Source of the DNA: Flavobacteriaceae bacterium
GTDB taxonomy: Bacteria; Bacteroidota; Bacteroidia; Flavobacteriales; Flavobacteriaceae
Length of the DNA stretch: 64,000 nt
Assembly (NCBI GenBank): GCA_024638165.1
Contig: JAHEKV010000004.1
Span: 160,703-224,702, forward strand
Reading direction: 5' to 3'
Of the stretch, positions 9,430 through 17,666 are shown in pieces; within the stretch, counting starts at the first letter, position 1; every line of letters starts with the position of its first letter. The notes beneath the pieces were generated by a model, which saw only the letters and a program-made list of their open reading frames with translations, made no database searches and had not been told where the DNA came from. The translations under genes were made by a program, and so were the position numbers.

Positions 9430-11076
9430 TTAAGGAAACTCAGGGGATAAAAGCACCGTTGATTGATCTGTTTTTAGGTGTACTATTCCATTTTGCGCGG
9501 TGAACCATTGATTTGAATAGGAATCATACCACTTTTCTATAGCTGACCACTCTGCAGGTAGTTGAATGTCAATTTCCTTGTTTTGAATTAATTTAAGACC
9601 TATAATAACGATATCATCCTCATAGGTTCTACTAAAGAAATAGGGTTCAGTTTGAAGCCTTTCATGCGCTCCTAAACCGATGGCTGGATGAGATTTTCTA
9701 AACTGTCCTAATTTCTGCCAATGCGTTAAAATTTCTTTGGTTTCAGGATTCTCAATAGAAGACCAATTCATGAAAGACCTTAGATTAGCGTCTCCGACGG
9801 CTCCTTCTACTACTAATGGGCGTGCGGTTTCATCACCATAGTACATCTGTACACCTCCCGGGGCCAAAAGAAGCATATTCGCCGATTTAACAGGCTCCTT
9901 TCTTTCGATATCGAAGGGTTGTGAATCATCATGGGAGCTGATATAGCTTAGTATACTTATATTTTCATGGGTTTGATTAAGTAGTGAGTCGTATTTATGA
10001 AAAACGAACTCGTAATCGTTAGATACATCTGTCTTGAAATCGAAATTGATTAACGCATCAAAACCATAATCGAAATAATTAACCTTCTTATCTCCGAAAT
10101 TATATTCTGGCCCACCGCTGATACCATAAAAATAAACTTCACCAACCATATAAAATGGGGCAGAAGGTACGCTGTTATTCTTTTGATGGTACTCTTCAAA
10201 AGCGCGTTCAGCTTCTTGTTTTAATACGGCCCAAGAGTCTTCATCAACGTGTTTCGTTGTATCTACACGAAAACCATCGATACCTAACTCTCTAACATAA
10301 TCAGTAAGCCATTTGATGATATAGTTTCTAGGGGTTCTCCTTAGTCCTGTTTTGTTAAAAAAGGTGTCAAGTTCTACGATTTCCTGCTCCAAACGATGCT
10401 CTGATTCCCAAAAGTCTATAAGTGTTTGCGGAAGTTCAACTTCTTCGGTAGATTCGGTCTTAATATCGGGTAGATTAGCTACCAAAGTACATTCAACAGT
10501 GCCCTGATAATCTTTGAAATCACATGGAGGGGTCTCTCTAACCCAAGATTCTGTGAAGGTTGGGTCTAGCTCAGTTACCGGACCGGTATGATTTAAGACA
10601 GCATCCATTACTACCTTAATACCTGCGTCGTGAGCAGTTTCAATGAATTCTTTTAGCTCGTCATAAGTTCCGAAAGAGGGTTCAATACTAGTCCAATCTT
10701 TTGTCCAATATCCGTGATACCCATAAGTAATTCCAGTACCCTCGTCGGTTGCGTCATCAATTTGTCTAACCACTGGTGTGGTCCAAATAGCATCAACACC
10801 TAACTTTTGAAAATAACCTTCTTTGATTTTATTGGTTACTCCTTTTAGATTTCCTCCTTCAAACCCTCTTAAAACCGCAGTCTCTTTATCTGCGCCAACT
10901 CTAGTGGTATCTGATTCAGCGGTATTAAATCGATCAGTAAGTAGAAAGTAGATGTTCGCAGATTTCCAACTGAAGGTGTCTTTTGAGTCGACTTCTGAAG
11001 AATTAAGGGAAGACTGACAGCTTATTAAGCTTAGGCCACATATAAAGGATAGAAGGATAGAGGTGTACTTCATCAT
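9430..11076 (-). CDS. GH13 alpha-amylase family lipoprotein
   Basis: Lipobox SLISC. GH13 regions DAVLNHTG, GFRVDTTKHV, MVGEVY and YISSHDD. Confidence 0.9.
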   Translation of the reverse strand: MMKYTSILLSFICGLSLISCQSSLNSSEVDSKDTFSWKSANIYFLLTDRFNTAESDTTRVGADKETAVLRGFEGGNLKGVTNKIKEGYFQKLGVDAIWTTPVVRQIDDATDEGTGITYGYHGYWTKDWTSIEPSFGTYDELKEFIETAHDAGIKVVMDAVLNHTGPVTELDPTFTESWVRETPPCDFKDYQGTVECTLVANLPDIKTESTEEVELPQTLIDFWESEHRLEQEIVELDTFFNKTGLRRTPRNYIIKWLTDYVRELGIDGFRVDTTKHVDEDSWAVLKQEAERAFEEYHQKNNSVPSAPFYMVGEVYFYGISGGPEYNFGDKKVNYFDYGFDALINFDFKTDVSNDYEFVFHKYDSLLNQTHENISILSYISSHDDSQPFDIERKEPVKSANMLLLAPGGVQMYYGDETARPLVVEGAVGDANLRSFMNWSSIENPETKEILTHWQKLGQFRKSHPAIGLGAHERLQTEPYFFSRTYEDDIVIIGLKLIQNKEIDIQLPAEWSAIEKWYDSYSNQWFTAQNGIVHLKTDQSTVLLSPEFP

Positions 11077-11843
11077 TATCGGTTGAGAATTTTATATTCT
11101 TCATAACACTGACTAATAGCATCAAGTATTTGAAGATCGTTTGCGTCTTGTATGAAACTTTGGGAGTAACTACAATTATTTAAAATTCGAATAATTTCTT
11201 GTTGGTCGATTTGCAACAGCACGCTAAGTGTTTCACGATCAAATTTAGTAGCTAATAGTTCGCGAATTCGATCATCTTGCTTCATATTCGGTAGCTTGTC
11301 GAATTGCATTCGATTCTTGGTGAATATGCTCTTTATGAAATTAACAGGTCCATTAAGAACAGAGGATAATTGCTTTGCTGCGCTTTTTGATCTTCCTTCA
11401 TAACTGAAATTCAATCCTGAAATACTGTACTGAAAGGCGCTTGAAATGGGTAAGTTTCGCACATCGATCTCTAGATATCCGGTTAGTTGATACGGACGAA
11501 CCACTACCTCTTCTAAGGCGTAGGCTAACTCAGTTAGAGTAATTGAGCTATTCTCTAAATTAATCAGGTCATTGGATACCCGAACTCTTTCAGGTTTAAA
11601 TCCCAAAAAGGTAATGTATAGTGTATCGCCAACGTTTGCGTTTATCCTGAATTCACCTGCGAGATCGGTGATACTACCAATTACCTTATTTAAGTTAATG
11701 ACGTGAACCCCCTCAAGAGGGAGATTATTAGAGCTACTTACAACTTTGGCCTTCAGTTCGACAACTTTAGCCGGGCTTTCCTGCCCAAAAGATGCTCCCC
11801 AATGAAGCAATATAAAAAGTAAAAGAATTACGCTTTTTTTCAC
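11076..11843 (-). CDS. exported protein with N-terminal carboxypeptidase-regulatory-like (CarboxypepD_reg) domain
   Basis: Signal peptide ending GASFG|Q. Beta-sandwich-like segment LPLEGVHVINLNKVIGSITDLAGEFRINANVGDTLYITFLGFKP. Its stop shares one base with the amylase ATG. Confidence 0.6.
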   Translation of the reverse strand: MKKSVILLLFILLHWGASFGQESPAKVVELKAKVVSSSNNLPLEGVHVINLNKVIGSITDLAGEFRINANVGDTLYITFLGFKPERVRVSNDLINLENSSITLTELAYALEEVVVRPYQLTGYLEIDVRNLPISSAFQYSISGLNFSYEGRSKSAAKQLSSVLNGPVNFIKSIFTKNRMQFDKLPNMKQDDRIRELLATKFDRETLSVLLQIDQQEIIRILNNCSYSQSFIQDANDLQILDAISQCYEEYKILNR

Positions 11844-11905
11844 AGTATGCGAATCAAGGAATTAATTTACAAATTCACGAGTGATTAGCGGCAATTAACT
11901 TGATT

Positions 11906-13615
11906 TTAATAAAACCCTTTGCGTTTTCTTTTACCGGTAGTCTTTTTAGAATTTTTACTGAAGTTTCTAGAGGGTTTAGTCTTGAAGTTCCCTTTTTTAG
12001 ATTTTCCTTTATCCCCTGAGCCACCGCCTTGCTTAGTAACTTCTACACTTACTCGATATCCGTTATGCTCAGTGTCTTTAAAAGCTTCTAAAACTAAATC
12101 AGTAAGCCCAGCGTCAACATTAAAAAAGGAGAAGTTGTTAAGTGTATCGACCTTAAAAATATCTTCTCTTTGAAGTTCAAGAGCATCCTTTAGATAATCT
12201 TTCATCGACTTCCAGTTAAAGCCATCTCTTTCACCTAGATTAATGAAAAAGCGAACCTCACCGTGTTTTGCTCTTGAACTTGATTCAGAGGTGTTTTCAG
12301 AGCTGAAGTTTTCTTTTAGATAGTATTGGGCTAATCGATTGTACGCTTCTCCAAACACTTTTCTAAGAAGTGTATCGCGATCGATCGAAGCGAGGGTTTC
12401 CTCTAAAAGAGGCATATAGCTTTCAATGCTTTCATCTACTTCAGTGTCTTTTAACTTATCTGCAAGACTTTTAAGTTGATTTTCGATGATTCCAGCCACT
12501 GAAGGGACTTCGGCGAAATTAAATTTCTTTTTAAGCTTTCGCTCGAACTGTTCAATTTTTCTTCGGTCGCTATTGGTGCAAAGGCATAGAGAATGCCCTG
12601 TTTTACCTGCTCTACCTGTTCTTCCACTTCGGTGGTTATAGGTTTCAGGCTCATCGGGTAGCTGGTAGTGGATAACATGGGTAATATCATCGACATCAAT
12701 ACCACGAGCAGCAACGTCGGTAGCCACTAGTATTTGTATTTGACGTTTTCTGAAACCAGCCATTACAAGATCCCTTTGGTTTTGGCTTAGATCCCCGTGT
12801 AGGGCACCGGCATTGTATCCGTCCTCTATAAGCTTTTCTGCAATTTTTTGAGTTTCTCTCTTGGTTCTACAGAATATTACAGCGAATAGCTGAGGGTCGC
12901 TGTCTACGATTCGTTTTAGAGCTGCATACTTATTTCTAGCACTAACCGTATACACGAAGTGACTTACTGAGGTAGCTCCTTCATTTTTGCTTCCGACCGT
13001 GATTTCTACCGGACGATGCATAAATTCTTTTGCAATTTGAGCAACTTCTGCAGGCATGGTAGCTGAGAATAACCAAGTTAATTTGTCTTCTGGAGTATAA
13101 CTCAGAATCGACTTGATATCCTGGTAGAATCCCATGTTCAGCATTTCATCAGCCTCATCTAAAACGCAGTACTCGATCTGATCAATACGAAGCATTTTGC
13201 GTTGAATCAAATCAAGAAGTCTACCTGGGGTAGCTACTACAATTTGAACTCCTGATTTTATAGATTCTGCTTGCTCTCTTACACTAGCTCCTCCATAAAC
13301 CGCAACGATTCTTGTTCCTTTTTTAAATTGAGCATATTTACCGAGTTCGGTTGTGATTTGTAAACAAAGTTCTCGAGTAGGAGCAATAATTAAGCCCTGA
13401 ACTACTTTTCGTTTAGTGTCAATTTTTTGAAGTAGAGGAAAACCAAATGCGGCAGTCTTACCAGTTCCTGTTTGTGCTAATGCTACAAGATCGGTCTCTT
13501 TCTCTAATAGTTGTGGAATTGCTTTTGATTGAATTTCAGATGGAGTCTCAAAACCCATCTGTTGTACGGCTTTTAATAGATCTTCATCTAAGCCGAGATT
13601 TAAAAAGGATTGCAT
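11906..13615 (-). CDS. DEAD-box ATP-dependent RNA helicase with C-terminal RNA-binding domain and basic tail
   Basis: Motifs AQTGTGKT, DEAD, SAT and HRSGRTGRAG. Lys/Arg-rich C-terminus. Confidence 0.9.
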   Translation of the reverse strand: MQSFLNLGLDEDLLKAVQQMGFETPSEIQSKAIPQLLEKETDLVALAQTGTGKTAAFGFPLLQKIDTKRKVVQGLIIAPTRELCLQITTELGKYAQFKKGTRIVAVYGGASVREQAESIKSGVQIVVATPGRLLDLIQRKMLRIDQIEYCVLDEADEMLNMGFYQDIKSILSYTPEDKLTWLFSATMPAEVAQIAKEFMHRPVEITVGSKNEGATSVSHFVYTVSARNKYAALKRIVDSDPQLFAVIFCRTKRETQKIAEKLIEDGYNAGALHGDLSQNQRDLVMAGFRKRQIQILVATDVAARGIDVDDITHVIHYQLPDEPETYNHRSGRTGRAGKTGHSLCLCTNSDRRKIEQFERKLKKKFNFAEVPSVAGIIENQLKSLADKLKDTEVDESIESYMPLLEETLASIDRDTLLRKVFGEAYNRLAQYYLKENFSSENTSESSSRAKHGEVRFFINLGERDGFNWKSMKDYLKDALELQREDIFKVDTLNNFSFFNVDAGLTDLVLEAFKDTEHNGYRVSVEVTKQGGGSGDKGKSKKGNFKTKPSRNFSKNSKKTTGKRKRKGFY

Positions 13616-13631
13616 AGGTTGTATTAAGCCG

Positions 13632-13639
13632 CAAAGGTA
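13632..13639 (-). promoter_or_regulatory. -7 box TACCTTTG for the DEAD-box helicase gene
   Basis: Plus strand reads CAAAGGTA. 16 nt upstream of ATG 13615. Confidence 0.5.
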
Positions 13640-13659
13640 GTCTAAATAAGTGTATGCTA

Positions 13660-14250
13660 TTAAAGATCTGTTTTTCGAAGAAATTCTATTAAGCTTTGTG
13701 TCGCTCTTGCTCGATGACTTAATGACTTTTTAATTTCCTTATCGAGTTCTCCAAAGGTCTGATGATAGCCTTCTGGCACGAAAATCGGATCATACCCAAA
13801 ACCATTGTCACCTCTAGGGTGATTCGCTATACTACCTTTTACAATACCTTCGAAATAATGGGTATTGTCATGAGTTATTAAACAAAATACTGTTTTGAAA
13901 TAGGCACTTCTATCCTCGATCTGATCGAGGTTCTTTAGCAAGAGTGCGATGTTTTTTTCGTTGTCTCTACTCCCAGAATAATGAGCGCTATCTACACCTG
14001 GTGCTCCGTCTATGGCATTTACAAATAATCCACTATCATCTGAAAAACAGGGTTTGCCAAAGCGCTTATAAATCGTTGAAGCTTTTTGATGGGCATTTCC
14101 TTCAAGGGTACCTGTAGTTTCTGGGATATCTTCATCGAAATTGAGTTCGTTCAAAGAAATCAAATGAACCTTTTGGGAAATAAGGCCTTTTAATTCTACA
14201 AGTTTACCTTGGTTTTGAGTCGCAAATACGAGTGTTGGTAAATCAGTCAT
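13660..14250 (-). CDS. rdgB: non-canonical purine NTP pyrophosphatase (RdgB/HAM1)
   Basis: Motifs FATQNQGK and FGYDPIF. ATG 14250 is preferred because the TTG start at 14274 would place a -7 box (14260..14267) inside the CDS. Confidence 0.85.
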   Translation of the reverse strand: MTDLPTLVFATQNQGKLVELKGLISQKVHLISLNELNFDEDIPETTGTLEGNAHQKASTIYKRFGKPCFSDDSGLFVNAIDGAPGVDSAHYSGSRDNEKNIALLLKNLDQIEDRSAYFKTVFCLITHDNTHYFEGIVKGSIANHPRGDNGFGYDPIFVPEGYHQTFGELDKEIKKSLSHRARATQSLIEFLRKTDL

Positions 14251-14259
14251 AACTACTCG

Positions 14260-14267
14260 CAAAAATA
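14260..14267 (-). promoter_or_regulatory. -7 box TATTTTTG for rdgB
   Basis: Plus strand reads CAAAAATA. 9 nt upstream of ATG 14250. Confidence 0.45.
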
Positions 14268-14290
14268 GGCTCAAGCATTGAAAGTTTAGC

Positions 14291-14298
14291 TAAATTTG
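14291..14298 (+). promoter_or_regulatory. -7 box TAAATTTG for the serB-serA fusion gene
   Basis: 24 nt upstream of GTG 14323. Confidence 0.5.
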
Positions 14299-14322
14299 TC
14301 ATTAATCATCAATAAATAACAC

Positions 14323-16206
14323 GTGCCTACCTCTTATATTTTCGATTTCGATAGCACTATTACTCGAGTTGAAGCTCTAGATATACTTGCAGAGCTTTCT
14401 CTTGAAGAAAACCCTAAAAAAGAAGCGATCATTGATCAAATTAAAGAGATCACCAATCTTGGGATTGATGGCGATATCTCTTTCACAGAATCTTTGGAGC
14501 AAAGAATAAAGCTTCTTGGGGCGCATCGCGATCATCTTGAGCTACTGATCGAGGAATTAAAAGATAAAATTTCTCATTCGTTCGCATCCAACCGAAAGTT
14601 TTTTGAAGCCCATCGAGATGATATCTATGTGATTTCAGCTGGATTTAAAGAGTTTATTATTCCTATTGTAGCACAGTTTCACATTCCAGCCGATCGCGTT
14701 TACGCAAATACATTTACATTTGACGATAAGGGTTTTATTATTGGTTTCGATAAAGAGAATCCGCTATCTAAGCACAATGGTAAAATCGAGTGCCTTAAGG
14801 GGTTAAACCTTTCAGGTGATATTCAAGTAATTGGTGATGGCTATTCTGATTATGTAATGAGAGAAGCCGGTATTGCCAAGAAGTTTTTTGCATATACAGA
14901 AAATGTGAAGCGTGAGAAGGCTGTTGTTAATGCCGATTTCGTTACCGAAACATTAGATGAATTTTTATATATCAACGATTTGCCTAGAAATTTTTCATAC
15001 CCCAAGAATCGAATTAAGATCCTACTATTAGAGAATATCCATCCCGATGCGCTCGAGCGTCTTGAGAATGATGGCTACAGTGTTGAACTTGTTTCTACGG
15101 CTTTGAGTGAGTCAGAGCTTATAGAATGTATTAAAGGAGTTCATGTACTAGGTATTCGTTCTAAGACAAAGGTTACGAAGGCGGTTTTAGATGCTGCAGA
15201 TAAACTTCTGGCTATCGGTGCCTTTTGTATCGGTACCACGCAGATTGATCTTGAAGCTTGCAAAATGTCAGGGGTGGTTGTTTTTAACGCTCCCTACAGC
15301 AATACAAGATCTGTAGTAGAGTTAGCTCTTGGCCAGATTGTTATGCTTATGCGCTCTACTTTTCAGCGTTCCTCAGAGATGCATGCTGGTGAATGGAATA
15401 AAACAGCTGCAGGGTCTAGAGAGGTGAGAGGCAAGACTTTGGGAATTGTGGGATATGGAAATATTGGTAAACAACTTTCTGTTTTAGCCGAAGCGATCGG
15501 AATGAAGGTTTACTTCTACGATTTACAAGATACCCTAGGCCTGGGTAATGCTGAAAGAGTGGTTAGCCTTGATGATCTATTGCGTATTAGTGATGTGATT
15601 TCATTACATGTTGACGATAACCCACAGAATAAGAACTTAATTGGAGATCGCGAATTAAGTCTATGTAAAGACGGTGCATATCTGATTAATTTATCTCGCG
15701 GATTTGTAGTGGATATTGATGCGCTCGCACAACATTTAAAATCTGGAAAACTCGCAGGAGCTGCGGTTGATGTATTTCCTGTAGAGCCTAAGCAGAATGG
15801 TAGTTATGAGAGCCCACTCCTAGGTTTAGAGAACGTGATTCTTACTCCTCATATCGGTGGAAGTACGATTGAAGCACAACGAGATATTGCAGGATTCGTA
15901 CCTAAAAAAATCATGGGTTATATCAATTCGGGGAACACTGAGGATGCCGTTAACTTTCCCAATATTAGACTGCCACAACAACAAGACCGTCATCGCTTCT
16001 TACACATCCACAAAAATGTTCCCGGAGTCATGGCTGCGATCAATAAAATACTGGCTGAGTATAAGCTTAATTTAGTAGGACAATTCTTGTCTACAGACCC
16101 TGAGGTAGGTTATGTAATCTCTGACGTTGATAACGCCTACAATCCTGAAGTAATTGAGGCCTTGAGACAAATTCCAAATACCATTCGATTCAGAGTTCTT
16201 TATTAG
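14323..16206 (+). CDS. serA: fusion protein: HAD-type phosphoserine phosphatase-like domain + D-3-phosphoglycerate dehydrogenase with ACT domain
   Basis: 627 aa with a GTG start. The N-terminus carries HAD motifs FDFDST and GDGYSDY. The C-terminal ~410 aa resemble E. coli-type SerA (GYGNIGKQ NAD site; ACT-like HRFLHIHKNVPGVMAAINKILAE). Confidence 0.85.
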   Translation: MPTSYIFDFDSTITRVEALDILAELSLEENPKKEAIIDQIKEITNLGIDGDISFTESLEQRIKLLGAHRDHLELLIEELKDKISHSFASNRKFFEAHRDDIYVISAGFKEFIIPIVAQFHIPADRVYANTFTFDDKGFIIGFDKENPLSKHNGKIECLKGLNLSGDIQVIGDGYSDYVMREAGIAKKFFAYTENVKREKAVVNADFVTETLDEFLYINDLPRNFSYPKNRIKILLLENIHPDALERLENDGYSVELVSTALSESELIECIKGVHVLGIRSKTKVTKAVLDAADKLLAIGAFCIGTTQIDLEACKMSGVVVFNAPYSNTRSVVELALGQIVMLMRSTFQRSSEMHAGEWNKTAAGSREVRGKTLGIVGYGNIGKQLSVLAEAIGMKVYFYDLQDTLGLGNAERVVSLDDLLRISDVISLHVDDNPQNKNLIGDRELSLCKDGAYLINLSRGFVVDIDALAQHLKSGKLAGAAVDVFPVEPKQNGSYESPLLGLENVILTPHIGGSTIEAQRDIAGFVPKKIMGYINSGNTEDAVNFPNIRLPQQQDRHRFLHIHKNVPGVMAAINKILAEYKLNLVGQFLSTDPEVGYVISDVDNAYNPEVIEALRQIPNTIRFRVLY

Positions 16207-16212
16207 AAATCA

Positions 16213-16686
16213 TTAATCGTGGTGATAGGGTTCACCTCTGAGAATTGAAAAGGCTCGATATAGCTGCTCGCTGAAAATTAACCGTACCATCTGGTGAGTG
16301 AAGGTCATTTTAGAAAGTGAGATTAGCAAATGTGCCTTGGCTTTTAAGGATTCACTAAACCCATAAGGGCCACCAATCACAAAAGTTAAATTGCTATTTC
16401 CCTGCAAGCCTAGGTTCTCTATGAAGCTAGAGAATGATCTTGAACTAAAGGCTTTTCCATTCTCATCTAGTAAAATGAGTCTCGATTGCTTGTCTAATAA
16501 ACTTTCAATTTTTTGAGCTTCATACTCTTTTTGATCATCAATGCTTATCGATTTTCTTCGAGACGGATCTGGAATTTCGATGTAACTGAATCTCGCATAA
16601 TGATTCAGTTTTTTATGGTATTTGTCGATGAGCTCTTTGAGAAGCTTGTCATCGGTTTTACCAATTACTAGCAGGGTCACTTTCAT
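16213..16686 (-). CDS. rlmH: 23S rRNA (pseudouridine1915-N3)-methyltransferase
   Basis: SPOUT fold, ending GEPYHHD. ATG 16686 (MKVTLLVIGKT) lies 21 nt downstream of a -7 box. The ORF-track start at 16710 is an extension. Confidence 0.85.
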   Translation of the reverse strand: MKVTLLVIGKTDDKLLKELIDKYHKKLNHYARFSYIEIPDPSRRKSISIDDQKEYEAQKIESLLDKQSRLILLDENGKAFSSRSFSSFIENLGLQGNSNLTFVIGGPYGFSESLKAKAHLLISLSKMTFTHQMVRLIFSEQLYRAFSILRGEPYHHD

Positions 16687-16707
16687 TTTCTTAAATTCGT
16701 GTGACCT

Positions 16708-16715
16708 CAAAAATA
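16708..16715 (-). promoter_or_regulatory. -7 box TATTTTTG for rlmH
   Basis: Plus strand reads CAAAAATA. 21 nt upstream of ATG 16686. Confidence 0.5.
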
Positions 16716-16730
16716 AGTCGAGTTCATAAA

Positions 16731-17666
16731 ATGGATGCCTCCGTAGAAAAATTCTTGAATTGGCCAGTAGTGAAAACGCTAGTTAGTGCCCTTAGAACGG
16801 TTAAGCTACCTGGGTATCCCGGTTTCTCATTATTCGACTTAATTAACTTATACATCTCTGGAATTATCAAGGGAGCCTTAACCTCAAGAGCTAGTTCTAT
16901 CGCCTTTAGTCTATTTATGGCACTATTTCCTCTTCTGATTTTTTTATTGACGCTTATTCCGTATTTGATTCCTTTAGTTGAAACGACCTCTGAGCCTTTC
17001 GATCAGAAGCTTCTTTTCTTTTTAGAGTCTTTTTTACCCGGGGCAACCGCGGAGTATTTTTCTCAAATTTTTGAGCAGTTGAAAAATCAGCCAACCGAAG
17101 GCTTATTATCCACAACCTTTTTGCTATCCATCTTTCTCGTAGCTAACGGGGTCAGTTCTATTTTTAGTCAATTTGACCAATCCTATCATATTAAACTGAA
17201 TCAAAATTTTTTTAAGCAATACGCATACGCCGTATTTGTGGGATTACTTTTATCCCTAGGTATTATCGTAGGAGCTATCGCCTACATTTACTCCGAATTC
17301 TATATCGTTGAGTTTGGACTAGATGAGGCCCGTTTCAGTCAGAATCGAATTTCGCTACTCTTTGTGATTTTTATGTCGTACATAGGAACCAGTCTATTGT
17401 ATTATTTTGGTACCGCACGAGCGACTCGAATCGCTTTCTTTTCATGGGGTCCACTAATGACTACCTTACTTCTTTTGGTTACTTCGTATCTATTTGGAGT
17501 TTACATTGAAAAATTCGCTAGTTATAATGAACTATACGGCGCACTTGGAGGTTTATTGATACTTATGGTTTTCTTGTGGCTAAATTCTAATATCCTCTTA
17601 TTAGGTTTTGAACTAAACGCAGTTTTAGCCCGATTAAAGAATGAATTGAATCCCTCAAAGGAATGA
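16731..17666 (+). CDS. YihY/BrkB family inner membrane protein
   Basis: Multi-TM. Motif RASSIAFSLFMALFPLLIF. ATG 16731 is preferred over GTG 16701, which would overlap the rlmH promoter and start. Confidence 0.8.
   Translation: MDASVEKFLNWPVVKTLVSALRTVKLPGYPGFSLFDLINLYISGIIKGALTSRASSIAFSLFMALFPLLIFLLTLIPYLIPLVETTSEPFDQKLLFFLESFLPGATAEYFSQIFEQLKNQPTEGLLSTTFLLSIFLVANGVSSIFSQFDQSYHIKLNQNFFKQYAYAVFVGLLLSLGIIVGAIAYIYSEFYIVEFGLDEARFSQNRISLLFVIFMSYIGTSLLYYFGTARATRIAFFSWGPLMTTLLLLVTSYLFGVYIEKFASYNELYGALGGLLILMVFLWLNSNILLLGFELNAVLARLKNELNPSKE

Noticed and set aside
17106-17114. A perfect DnaA box TTATCCACA inside the yihY-like CDS. There are near-matches TTATCCACT at 895..903 (gnd-zwf spacer) and TGTGGATGT around 26947.
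   Set aside because: These are isolated single sites far apart. A few such 8-9-mers are expected by chance in 64 kb on two strands. There is no cluster and no adjacent AT-rich unwinding element.
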